Shown piece after piece: positions 35,156 to 46,321 of a stretch of 64,000 bases of DNA; position 1 is the stretch's first letter, and each line of letters begins with the position of its first letter. The DNA comes from Octopus sinensis. Lineage: Eukaryota. The notes beneath the pieces were generated by a model that saw only the letters and a program-made list of their open reading frames with translations, did no database searches and was not told where the DNA came from. The stretch lies in NCBI RefSeq assembly GCF_006345805.1, contig NC_043009.1, forward strand, positions 59,830,001 through 59,894,000, in the 5' to 3' direction. The position numbers and the translations under genes were made by a program.

Positions 35156-35693
35156 TTTAATAATAATTATTGCCTCGTCTGGCACCTGTGTCAGTGGCAC
35201 ATAAAAAGCACCCACTACACTCACAGAGTGGTTGGCATTAGGAAGGGCATCCAGCTGTAGAAACACTATCAAAGGTAATCAGATCTGAGGATTGACTAAA
35301 CAGATTTCGTGTGTTTTACAGGTTATGTAACCTACATTGTTTAGCTTTGAAACATATGTAGTCTTTATTTACCTTTTCCTTTGTTTCCATTCTCAGATAT
35401 ATACATGTTAGATTGAGGTTATTATGTCAAGGAAAGTTTAAGAATAGTAATGGAATATTTACTGATAGTAGGAGTGAGGGTGCTCAACGCAGAGAGTAGA
35501 AAGAAAGAAATTGAAAATTTATCTTTGAGTTGGACTTCATATTTCAACTGATGACTTATTTAGCATGGCCAGACCATACCATATATCATGTAGCTGGATA
35601 AACTTGGTCCTAGTGAACATGAATTTTTACAGTGTGTGTGTGTACGCATGTAATCCCGACCTTGACTTTAATGTTGTTGTTTTTTTGTTTCAG

Positions 35694-35784
35694 TGTCCCT
35701 TGGTGAAATAGCAAACTTTGCAGCATATGCTTTTGCACCTGCGACACTTGTCACCCCTCTTGGGGCTCTGAGTGTACTTGTGAG
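35694..35784 (+). CDS. NIPA2: NIPA-family transporter, coding exon 3 (91 nt)
   Basis: ttttgtttcag|TGTCCCTT...GTGAG|gtaaga encodes (M)[29 protein letters not shown](S), the hallmark NIPA motif. Phase 1 to phase 2. Confidence 0.97.
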
Positions 35785-35824
35785 GTAAGAAAAAATATTG
35801 CTTGCTTGAAAGAATGTGATCGTT

Positions 35825-36168
35825 GACAGAGTGGCTAACCAGCTTCCATGCCAGTGGCACTTAAAAGGCACCATTCGAGTGTGATCGTTACCAGCATCGC
35901 CTTACTGGCACTTGTGCCAGTGACATGTGTAAAAAGATTCGAGTGAGGTTGTTGCCAGTACCACCTGACTGGCCCCCGTGCCGGTGGCACATAAAAAGCA
36001 CCCACTACACTCTCGGAGTGGTTGGCGTTAGGAAGGGCATCCAGCTGTAGAAACTCTGCAAGATCAAGATTGGAGCCTGGTGCAACCATCTGGTTTGCCA
36101 GCCCTCAGTCAAAATCGTCCAACCCATACTAGCATGGAAAGTGGATGTTAAACGATGATGATGATGAT
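35825..36168 (+). mobile_element. RTE 3' UTR/tail, 40 bp after NIPA coding exon 3
   Basis: Family motifs and a (gat)n tail. Confidence 0.75.
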
Positions 36169-36216
36169 TCATGTCAGAGAGTAATTTGGGACTACATTCA
36201 CTTTTTCTGTTAGGGT

Positions 36217-36444
36217 TTAACCCTTTAGCATTCAGATTACTCTCTTAAATGTAATGCTTGTTTATTCTCATTGTTTTAAATTAATCTCACATTATCTCAT
36301 AGCTTTGAGATTTCATTGATGTCATTGTTTATGGTTTGTATGACATTGTCAGGTAGGTGTGACAGGCCAGATATGGCCAGTTTGAACATAAAACACCTAG
36401 AACAATTGGGATGGATATGGTCTGTTTAAATGCTAAAAGATTAA
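36217..36444. mobile_element. piggyBac-like MITE, second family
   Basis: TTAA-CCCTTTAGCATT ... AATGCTAAAAGA-TTAA. Confidence 0.6.
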
Positions 36445-36666
36445 AATTTAACCCCTAAGTCACAACAACCCAGTCTACTCATCAGCTGTTTGTAGGTTCC
36501 ACACTGTGGAATAAAACATGGTTGTAAACAGCAGCAGAAATTACTAGCTAATATGTTAGGTTTCAGTGTTTAGTTCATGTTGTCTTGTGGGAAAAGTTAC
36601 CCACCACAGGCTGACACCAGCTGAAAATTCATGCCATATCTGTTTGTTGCCACAAAACGTCAATAA

Positions 36667-37068
36667 AATTATTCTTTTCTACTCTAGGCACAAGGCCCGA
36701 AATTTTGGGGAGGAGGCCAGTCAATTAGATCAACCCCAGTATGCAACTGGTACTTAATTTATCAACCCCGAAAGGATGAGAAACAAAGTTGACCTCGGCA
36801 GAATTTGAACTTAGAATGTAAAGACAGACGAAATACCTATTTCTTTACTACCCACAAGGGGCTAAACACAGAGGACATATAAGGACAGACAAACGGATTA
36901 AGTTGATTATATCGAACCCAGTGCATAACTGGTACTTATTTAATCGACCCCGAAAGGATGAAAAACAAAGTTGACCTCGGCAGAATTTGACCTTAGAATG
37001 TAAAGACAGACGAAATACCGCTAAGCATTTCACCCGGCGTGCTAATGTTTCTGCCAGCTCACCGCCTT
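36667..37068 (-). mobile_element. Tandem pair of second-family SINEs
   Basis: Two cccgaaaggatga.aaacaaagttgacctcggcagaatttga..ttagaatgtaaagacagacgaaatacc modules. Confidence 0.8.
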
Positions 37069-37393
37069 AGTCAATAAAAATATTGACCAAGAACTTGATG
37101 GGATTCTGTGATGATACATGGATGCAGACAGAGTATTTTACTGTATATTCATGTAGCACCCATTGCACTCAGAGTGGTTGGCATTAGGAAGGGCACCCAG
37201 CTGTAGAAACCATGCCAAATCAGACTGGAATCTAGTGCAGCTTTTCAGCTTACCAGCCCTTATCAAGCCATAGACAACGGATGTTAAATGATGATGATGA
37301 TACATATATTATATGTGTATATATATAACACTTTTGTGCGTAATAAGATAAAAAAAACCAAGGCTGTATAGATATTAGAGCATTTATAGATTG

Positions 37394-37445
37394 GTCTTAC
37401 AGCTGTTTCTAGAATATTAATTAATAATATCCCTTCATCAGAGAC
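37394..37445 (-). ncRNA. Minimal type-I hammerhead ribozyme with intact core (Penelope-like-element type)
   Basis: Minus strand GTCT-CTGATGA-A-GGGATATTA ttaat TAATATTCT-A-GAAAC-AGCT-GTA-AGAC: 4-bp stem I (GTCT/AGAC), stem II, palindromic stem III (ACAGCTGT) and GUA cleavage triplet. Confidence 0.7.
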
Positions 37446-37644
37446 GGTGTGAGAGGAAAATTAAGTCATAGTTAGTTTAGATGTGATACAAAATAGAGAG
37501 TGAGGTGGAGGAAAGAAAATAGATGTAAGATATGTATGGGTCTGTCTATAGCACTTATTCAGCATTACCTGACACCTTTGGGTCTCAACGACACCATTAT
37601 CTCTTATAACCTCAATATTATGTGTGTATATATATATATGGGTA

Positions 37645-37873
37645 TACTCTTTTTACTCTTTACTCTTTTACTTGTTTCAGTCATATGACTGCGGCCATGC
37701 TGGAGCACCGCCTTTAATCGAGCAACTCGACCCCGGGACTTATTCTTTTGTAAGCCCAGTACTTATTCTATCGGTCTCTTTTGCCGAACCGCTAAGTAAC
37801 GGGGACGTAAGCACACCAGCATCGGTTGTCAAGCAACACTAGGGGGACAAACACAGACACACAAACACACACA

Positions 37874-37916
<43 letters not shown>

Positions 37917-38080
37917 GACGGGCTTCTTTCAGTTTCCATCTACCAAATCCACTCACAAGGCTTTGGTCGGCCCGAGGGTATAGTAGAAGGCACTTGCCCA
38001 AGGTGCCACGCAGTGGGACTGAACCCGGAATCTTGTGGTTGGTAAACAAGCTACTTACCACACAGCCACTCCTGCGCCTA
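37645..38080 (-). mobile_element. CORE-type SINE (full length)
   Basis: Same family as 2702-3101. Confidence 0.8.
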
Positions 38081-38300
38081 TATGTAACGGGTATATGTAA
38101 CTATTTGGACTTTAAGGTGTATGTCTATTGGTGTGTCAAATAAAGCACATTCACTGTTTGGGCTACCTGATGTCATCTACAGGTATGCTATAATTTTCAC
38201 TGGATCTATGTCAGGAAATCTGCAAGGTCTGTTGAGTTTATTGTTGATAAAGAAATGGAAGATGGATTTAGTAACAAGTCTTTACTCAGCACAACAATCG

Positions 38301-39104
38301 TTTCGACACATCTTGTATCTCTCCCACAGGATATTGTGCATCAGGTTGCATTACTTCACTCAGTGCAAGCTGTGTCACTTCAGGTGCTTGGGTGTAGAAA
38401 ACTATCCCCCTAGATATACTGTGATCTCCTTGGTATGTTGTTCTGGTTCGTTGTACATTGGTGCACTTACAGTGTACATTGTGGTACAGTTACAGTGTAT
38501 ACTCTTTTACTTGTTTCAGTCATTTGACTGTGGCCATGCTGGAGCACAGCCTTTAGTCGAGCAAATCAACCCCACGACTTATTCTTTGTAAACCTAGTAC
38601 TTATTCTATCGGTCTCTTTTGCTGAATCGCTAAGTTACGGGGACGTAAACACACTAGCATTGGTTGTCAAGTGATGTTGGGGGACAAACACAAACACATA
38701 AACACTCAAACATATACACACACACATATATATATATATATATACATACATATATACGACGGGCTTCTTTCAGTTTCCGTCTACCAAAACCACTCACAAG
38801 GCTTTGGTCGGCCCGCGGCTATAGTAGAAGACACTTGCCCAAGGTGCCATGCAGTGGGACTGAACCTGGAACCATGTGGTTAGTAAGCAAGCTACTTACC
38901 ACACAGCCACTCCTGCACCTGTATGTTTGTACGCTTTAAGTATATCCATGTACAACTCGCCAGAACAACACACCAAGGAGATCACAGTATATCTAGTGGG
39001 ATGTTTTTATACACCAAGAACCTGAAGTGACAGAGCCTGCACAGATTGATTCAGTGCAACCCAATGTACAACATCCTGTGGGACGGATGCAGGATGTGTC
39101 GAAA
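38301..39104. repeat. Diverged inverted repeat (arms ~38301-38459 and 38948-39104) split by a CORE-type SINE at 38500-38916
   Basis: ctagatatactgtgatctccttgg.atgttgttctgg on the left and ccagaacaacacaccaaggagatcacagtatatctag on the right; tttcgacaca / tgtgtcgaaa mark the outer ends. Confidence 0.85.
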
Positions 39105-39139
39105 TGGTCAACATGCTGAATATATATATGTGCATATAT

Positions 39140-39443
39140 ATGGCACGTAAAAGCACCATCCGCTTGTATTCGCTGCTAGCCTCGCCTGGCCCCCATGCCA
39201 GTGGCACGTAAAAGCACCATCCGTTCATGGCCGTTTGCCAGCTCCATCTGGCACCTGTGCAGGTGGCACGTAAAAAGCACCCACTACACTCACGGAGTGG
39301 TTGGCGTTAGGAAGGGCATCCAGCCGTAGAAACACTGCCAGATCTGACTGGGCCTGATGCAGCCTTCCGGCTTCACAGACCCCAGTTGAACCGTCTAACC
39401 CATGCTAGCATGGAAAACAGACGCTAAATGATGATGATGATGA
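39140..39443 (+). mobile_element. RTE 3' UTR/tail, ending ~85 bp before NIPA coding exon 4
   Basis: Family motifs and a (gat)n tail. Confidence 0.75.
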
Positions 39444-39527
39444 TATGTGTGTGTGTGTGTTTGTACTTATATATATTTCAGATTTTATTTATTGTACGTT
39501 GATTGTCTATTTCTGTTTATTTGACAG

Positions 39528-39688
39528 TGCGTTGCTGGCATCTAGGGTCTTGAAGGAACACCTGAATCTATTGGGGAAGATTGGATGTACTTTGGCAATT
39601 CTTGGTTCCACTATAATGGTTATTCATTCACCTAAAGAGCAGGAAGTGGCTAGCATGGAAGAATTAGAAGAAAAACTCAGACAACCAG
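39528..39688 (+). CDS. NIPA2: NIPA-family transporter, coding exon 4 (161 nt)
   Basis: ttgacag|TGCGTTG...CCAG|gtaagt encodes [53 protein letters not shown], matching NIPA2 E.LNL.GKIGC.L.ILGST.MVIH.PKE. Phase 2 to phase 1. Confidence 0.97.
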
Positions 39689-40589
39689 GTAAGTTAGTTT
39701 CTGTCTTCCTTCAGAGGAAGAGAAGGAGGAGGACTCTTGCAGTTCCAGGCAATGATGGATTTTGTTGGTGTTCCATCAAAAAAACAAAAAATTCATCATT
39801 ATTTCTTTGAACTGCAAGAGTCCTCCACATGGTTCTTGAAGCATGATCGGTATTATTATTATTATTGTTAATCAATGACATTTCTTCTGCCTTTCTATTC
39901 TGTGTTTAAATGCCATCAAGGTCAACTTTGCTTCTCATCTTTTCAGGGTCGATAAATAAATACCACTCAGTAACTGAAGTCATTTAAATCTATTAGCTGC
40001 CATCCGCCAAAATTTCAAGCCTTGTCCCTATAGTAGAAAGGATTATTATTAAGCGAGAGAGCAGCGCATGCCATCAAAGTGACACTGGGGTGCAAATATA
40101 CAAAGCCCAGTATACCCATCATGACTACCCATCTAATAAGGGTATAACGGCACATGCTTCACAACCATATGTGTGTGACATGGTGATGTATCAAGATAAA
40201 CCACACATAACCTTGCAGGTGGGGGTCCAGTCAGAATTTTCTTCAGGTCATGTAGCTCATCTCGCTCAAAATGTACCTGAATAAGGGTTGTTTAAGGATG
40301 TTGAACAAAACGCCCATATTTTTAGAGGTGAATTATTCAAACCCCTAAGAATTCCTCTCAACACATGGCTATGATACTCTCCAACTACTTCTGCTTGTGA
40401 TCAGAAATGCACATATCGTCTGCCACTAAGGGACTTGGTCAACTGGTTATGGTCAATCAACTGACAAGCAAATCTCTTGGTATTGAGCAGAATATTTGCT
40501 GTAGCCCATCTTTTATACCAAAGCAAAACAATGTACATGATAACACTTCCAATCAGTTAACCTCAGAAGCCATGAGAATCGGCCTGGGA

Positions 40590-40815
40590 ATCATCATCAT
40601 CATCATACGTCCGCTTTCCATGCTAGCATGGGTTGGATGGTTCAGCTGGGGTCCGGGAAGCCAGGAGGCTGCACCAGGCTCCAGTCTGATCTGGCAGTGT
40701 TTCTACAGCTGGATGTCCTTCCTAACGCCAACCACTCCATGAGTGTAGTGGGTGCTTTTTACATGCCACCGGCACAGGTGCCAGAGGAGGCTGGCAAATG
40801 GCCACGATCGGATGG
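40590..40815 (-). mobile_element. RTE 3' tail
   Basis: (cat)n...gtttctacagctggatgtccttcctaacgcc. Confidence 0.75.
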
Positions 40816-41533
40816 AAAAAATATTTCCTAGTTTATGTTGGTTGTTGTTCTCCGGTTTTTTTTTTTTATTTATATGTGTATTTTCATGAGAATTATTTTG
40901 TAGTAAAAATATAAAATTTATCTTTTATAATTTTGGAAAAATTTGCTTAATAACTTAAAACTGCCTGCCTCAAAAGAATGTCCTAATTGAGCTGAAGGCC
41001 AAATTACATTATTGAGAGTCAACAAATTCTAGCCTCCTTTGCTTGGCACCATCTTATCTGCATCAGTTCAGTGTACCATTCTATTGCCAGCAAGTAAATG
41101 TTAACAAGACATCTTTGACTGTTTTTATTTGTGACTCATTTCTTTGTCTTAAATACTTTTAGTTTTCCAAATTCCCTGTTTGGTTATTTGCTTATTTGTT
41201 CTCAATACTTTCCTGCACATACGAATCTGAATATGTTAATCGTTGTTGTGTTTTGTCACTGAACAACTTTACGATGATTCATTAGCATAAGGGATTCTGA
41301 GACACCCAGTATTTCAACACTGCTGTATCTCATCAGTGAAAGACACTCCAAGACTAATGAACCTAACAAGAATTTGAGGCTCTTGTTTATAATTTTAGCA
41401 AACAATTAATAAATGTTAATTAGGAACAAATTGAGTCATGCAGTCAGGAACTACTTATTTATGTGTATTTGCACCCCTAATTCTGTATGATTTCTCCACT
41501 CTATTTTTCTCTTTTCATTTTTTTTATTTTCAG

Positions 41534-42150
41534 TGTTTCTCATCTATGCGACCTTGGTGGCATTTACCACAACTATTCTCATTATCTACTACGTGCCTCA
41601 GTATGGTAACAAAAACGTCTTTCTCTACATTGGAATCTGCTCACTGCTTGGCACTTTCACCGTGATGGGCTGCAAAGGGCTGGGTGTGGCAATGAAGCAG
41701 ACCGCGTCTGGAGAGATGAACATCTTGCTGAACTGGTTGTCATGGTTATTGGTGATAGTGGTCGCCACTTGTATAGTGTTGCAGCTGAACTACCTCAACC
41801 GATCATTAGATACATTCAACACAGCAGTGGTCACTCCTATTTACTATGTCCTGTTCACATCTTCAGTGATGGTCGCCTCGCTGATCCTCTTCAAGGAGTG
41901 GGTCAATATGGACCTGTTGGACATTATTGGCAACATGTGCGGCTTCATGACGATCATTGCCGGAATCTTCCTACTCAACGCTTTCAAAGACATGAACATC
42001 AGCCTCAGTAATTTGCCAAGCTCAAAGAAGGTCGACTACAATCCGGCACTCAATCACCTCAACAACGACACCAAGCTGATCTCCATCAAACACGATGACT
42101 GTCAGAACTTGCTTCTGTCGCACTCCAGCGACATCAACTACAACTATTAA
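41534..42150 (+). CDS. NIPA2: NIPA-family transporter, terminal coding exon (617 nt, TAA at 42148-42150)
   Basis: ttttcag|TGTTTCTC... encodes YIGICSLLGTFTVMGCKGLG...QLNYLNRSLDTFNTAVVTPIYYVLFTSSV...ILFKEW...GFMTIIAGIFLLNAFKD, matching the NIPA2 C-terminal half. Spliced CDS from 30418 is 1089 nt (362 aa). Confidence 0.97.
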
Positions 42151-42869
42151 ATTTTTATTCCCATGACGCTCTCTGTCATATCTACTGTTCAGTTTATATA
42201 TGGCTCTCTGTTTAACCACGGACCACTGGAAGTACCCTCAACTGGCCACCGACAGTACCATCTTCTGGTTGCTGGCTGTCAGCCTTTTGAATGGTAAATT
42301 TGAGCCAAGGTAGTTTCCACTGACCGATTGATTGCTCTCAGTGTCAGTGATAAGTGTTTATTGTCAAATGTCATAAAACACTTGTTTGACGTGTACTGCC
42401 TACTGAACACTGGTCAGTGACCAGTACCTGCTGGTGGTCACTTGACCAGCAATCACTTTGCAGATCATATTGGTCTGTATCCAGCAGTTCCAGGCCAGAG
42501 ATATGTGGCTAGCATCATCAGGACAGTATCAGAGTCTAGTACAATCAAGGCTCTGGTCATTGTCCAGAACCACTAGGTCACTGGTCAGAAGCCAAAATTT
42601 GTCCTTGTTTAAAAAAAAGTCAAAAAAGAAGAAAACCTAGCAGCCCATATCTTGTTGCTCCCTGGAAAGTTCCAGAAAAATGAAAGAAAAAAGAAAAAAA
42701 AAGAGGAAAAGAAGAAAAACCAATTTATTCAAATTTGTTATATTTAATGAGATAAAATCTGGTCACTGGTCAATGTTGGAAGAGACAGTGTCTCAAATGT
42801 TGACCATCTCAGTGGTATTTTACCAAAGAATCCATATATGTATCATAAAGGTCCTACAACAGAAAGTAG

Positions 42870-42875
42870 AATAAA
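42870..42875 (+). terminator. Candidate polyadenylation signal for the NIPA gene
   Basis: AATAAA about 720 nt after the stop codon. The 3' UTR could extend further. Confidence 0.3.
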
Positions 42876-43466
42876 ACTACACACACACACACACACACAT
42901 ACACACACTCAACTCTACACTCACTCACATACACACACTACAGGTACACATGTACACTACACCATATGAACAATACTTTATATTTCTTTTACATACATCA
43001 CCTGAAATCCTTCTGTGCATGTGTTTATACACATACACATATTCAACATTTATGTTTGTGTGTGTATATATATATATATTTATATATATATGTTCAACAT
43101 TTACATGTATATATGTATATATCCGACATTTACATGTGTATATATGTATTTATATATGATATGTTAAATAATATGTATTATGTGTATCTAATTAAAGGTG
43201 CACTAATACAGTGTGTACATTTATATTCAGTCTGATTTTGTATACTCAAACATGAAAATACTTTTTATTGTAAATTAACACAAATATATTTAATACAAAT
43301 GTACACAACTTAGTTTTAATGCAATGCAATACAATATATATATATATATATAATTTAAATAATGAGGGAGATAAATTGAATATTAATTTAATTAATATCA
43401 ATTTAAAACCAGTAGCCTAGCATATATAAAAAAAATTTGAAGAATCAGAAAGAATTTCAATACATC

Positions 43467-43658
43467 TGTATATTTGGGGCTACAACCACTAGGTGGATAA
43501 CCATATGCTAGAAGAAGATCACATACGATCTAACTACAAAGAAAGAATGTTCTCCAGAGAAATTTCTCTGGAGAACATTCTTTCTTTGTAGTTAGATCGT
43601 ATGTGATCTTCTTCTAGCGTATGGTTATCCACCTAGTGGATGTAGCCCCAAATATACA
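43467..43658. repeat. Near-perfect 192-bp palindrome with no loop (centre 43562/43563)
   Basis: ...gaatgttctccagagaaa|tttctctggagaacattc...; only a few mismatches between arms. Confidence 0.97.
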
Positions 43659-43698
43659 TATATATATATACATATATATATATATACTGCATCTCTAT

Positions 43699-43738
<40 letters not shown>

Positions 43739-43781
43739 GTATGTATTGCTATGTGTGTCAGTGCCTGTGTGTTTGTGCATA

Positions 43782-44021
43782 TATAGGATGGCCCAAAAGC
43801 AGGGTTACAGTTATCACGTAGACACTTTAAATTTCTTTTAAAATATTTTATTACATATAAATTTCTGTCTTACAAACTGAAAAATGAGCTTGACAAAATT
43901 AACTAAATTAGCATAGAATAATGGTTTCATATCTTTATTATAATTAAGATCTAAACTGTTTATATACGAATGCGAAAGAGACAGTTGAATAATTGTAAAC
44001 CTACTTTTGGGCCACCCTGTA
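43782..44021. mobile_element. Tc1/mariner-type MITE
   Basis: TA-TAGGATGGCCCAAAAG ... CTTTTGGGCCACCCTG-TA; inverted copy of 14547-14786. Confidence 0.8.
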
Positions 44022-44059
44022 AATATATATATGTATATATATATATATATATATTAATG

Positions 44060-44171
44060 TTTAGCAGAAGTAGCAGAGTGGCTGAAGGTCTGAGAATTTT
44101 ATGCTTTGGCACTTATAACTGCCAACGCATGAAACCCTCGGACCTTGAGTCACTCTGTTGCTTCTACTAAA
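44060..44171. repeat. Small hairpin element (35-bp imperfect inverted repeats)
   Basis: tttagcagaagtagcagagtggctgaaggtctgag ... ctcggaccttgagtcactctgttgcttctactaaa. Confidence 0.75.
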
Positions 44172-44398
44172 TATTAATAAGAATATACATGTACTCTTAT
44201 TTTGAGTTTTGTTTTACCTGTTTGCACCAACATACCTATATATATATATATATAAAACAAAGAGATAATGGTGTCACTGAGACCCAAAGGTGTCAGGTAA
44301 TGCTGAATAAGTGCTATAGACAGACCATAGTTAAGTTCCAGATTCGGTAATATTGCGAATAAAGGGTTCAACGTTGGTTCTATGTCAGCATGTGTATG

Positions 44399-44518
44399 TA
44401 AGAATTTTTTGCGTAATAAGATAAAAAGCCAAGGCTGTGTAGATATTAGACCTATCTATAAATGCTCTAATATCTACACAGCCTTGGTTTTTTTATCTTA
44501 TTATGCAAAAAATTCTTA
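44399..44518. repeat. Fold-back palindrome derived from the hammerhead-bearing family at 37327-37610
   Basis: taagaatttttt...gtagatattaga cctatctataaatgc tctaatatctac...aaaaaattctta. Confidence 0.9.
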
Positions 44519-44625
44519 TATATATAGGAATACACAACATACCTATATATATATATATATATATATTTATTTAAAAAGAAGTTTGAAAACGCCACTATAT
44601 AAAATAAATTTTAATTTTCTTAGAG

Positions 44626-44673
44626 ATTTTACATGTTTCGGTTCTTCTTGAAAAAACGAACCTTATCAAAAAT
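44626..44673 (-). ncRNA. Degenerate hammerhead-like fold
   Basis: Minus strand ATTT-TTGATAA-GGTTC...GAACC-GAAAC-AT-GTA-AAAT. Stems are intact but C3 and G8 are both altered. Confidence 0.35.
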
Positions 44674-44827
44674 ATTTTTAAAAATGAAGTGTAATAATAA
44701 AAAAAAGTTCATAATTGTTTCTTTCTAGTTTCGAGAGTCCACGTGGTGGTGTTTTGTGGGGGGGGGAGCATAATGGCTGTCTTGTGTGTTGACTAGAATC
44801 CTTGGCTGTAATACATATATGTGTATG

Positions 44828-44881
<54 letters not shown>

Positions 44882-45187
44882 GGAACACACATACATTCAT
44901 TGCATGCATAAGGAAGAGAGTTGGCTGTGTTTTCAAAGTTTTGCTGATGACTGACTTTATATCAGCACACATTTTAATGAAACCTGACCTCAGTGAAGCT
45001 ATAGAGACACTGTCGACCTTTTCCATGTAGAAGGATATTTTATATCCCCCCTCAAATGCATTGATTGCTCTTTCAATCAAAATTTGGTTGTTTGTTATGT
45101 ATGATTGTGCATTTATAAAAAAAAAAAAGTGTGTATATATGTGTGGGGGTATGTGTGTATATATCTACGTATGTGTGTGTGTGTATG

Positions 45188-45225
<38 letters not shown>

Positions 45226-45717
45226 CATACATACATACATACATACACATATATACATACATATATAGACGTGTGTGTGTGTGCATACTTGAATGTGAGT
45301 TTGTGTAAGCATGTGCATTGTGTATACAAATATATATGAAAGTATGTGTTATATATATATATAGTGTTCTGGCATGACCGCAGCCGCATGGCTGAAATGA
45401 ATAAAAGAATATAAATATGTATACACACACACCCACACACATATATATATACATGCATGTGTGTATGCATGTATATTGAGCGTTTGTAAAGACATTTTCA
45501 CTTTTCTGCCAAATTTTGAAAAAATTTGGAATTTGTTTCGTATTTTTATTGTTGAGATTTTTACATTTTTATCCCAAGTTTTAATAGTTGTTGATAATAA
45601 TAATAATAATACTCATGAGGATTTATAATAATCATCATCATCATCGTTATTATCATTATGTTATCATCTTATAAATAAACACTAAAATTTACAGTCAATG
45701 AATTTGCCTTTTGTGTT

Positions 45718-46321
45718 TCTCTTTTACTTGTTTCAGTCATTTGACTGTGGCCATACTGGAGCACCGCCTTTAGTCAAGCAACTCGACCCCAGGACTTATT
45801 CTTTGTAAGTCTAGTACTTATTCTATCGGTCTCTTTTGCTGAACCGCTAAGTTACGGGGGACGTAAACACACCAGCATCGGTTGTCAATCAATGTTGGGG
45901 GGACAAACGCAAACACACTAACATATATACACACACACATACATACATCCATATATATATATATATATAGTTAATCCAAACAAGAAAGCACAAAAAAACA
46001 CAACAACGCGAGGACGTGGAACAAATATAGTATTATTGGACGCTCAGGAAAGAAGAAAAGAAGGAGGGTTTAACATTTCGAGCGGAGCTCTTCGTCAGAA
46101 ATATAGGAGAAGGAAAGATCCAGAGAAGGGAAGACAGAGGAAATAAAATCGCCAACGGTACACACGCAGTCATACGACAAGCTTCTTTCAGTTTCTGTCT
46201 ACCAAATCCACTCACAAGGCTTTGGTCAGCCCGAGGCTATAGTAGAAGACACTTGCCCAAGGTGCCACGCAGTGGGACTGAACCTAGAATGATGTGATTA
46301 GGAAGCAAGCTTCTTACCACA
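45718..46321 (-). mobile_element. CORE-type SINE with a hammerhead-bearing repeat (45973-46165) nested in its microsatellite spacer
   Basis: SINE 3' half at 45718-45900 and 5' half at 46175-46321; the insert matches 1313-1500. Confidence 0.75.
46068..46101 (-). ncRNA. Minimal hammerhead ribozyme fold (core intact, stem III decayed)
   Basis: Minus strand TTT-CTGACGA-A-GAGC-TCC-GCTC-GAAA-T-GTT-AAAC. Confidence 0.5.

Noticed and set aside
38121-38591. 156-aa ORF inside a NIPA intron
   Set aside because: No recognisable motif. It overlaps an inverted-repeat arm and ends in SINE sequence.
40050-40585. Non-microsatellite block in the last NIPA intron that looks like an interspersed repeat
   Set aside because: Single copy in the window with no clear protein motif, so it cannot be classified.
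44678-45470. Many I/Y/H/T/C/V-rich ORFs here and elsewhere in the track
   Set aside because: These are translations of (TA)n, (CA)n and (TG)n microsatellites and SINE bodies.
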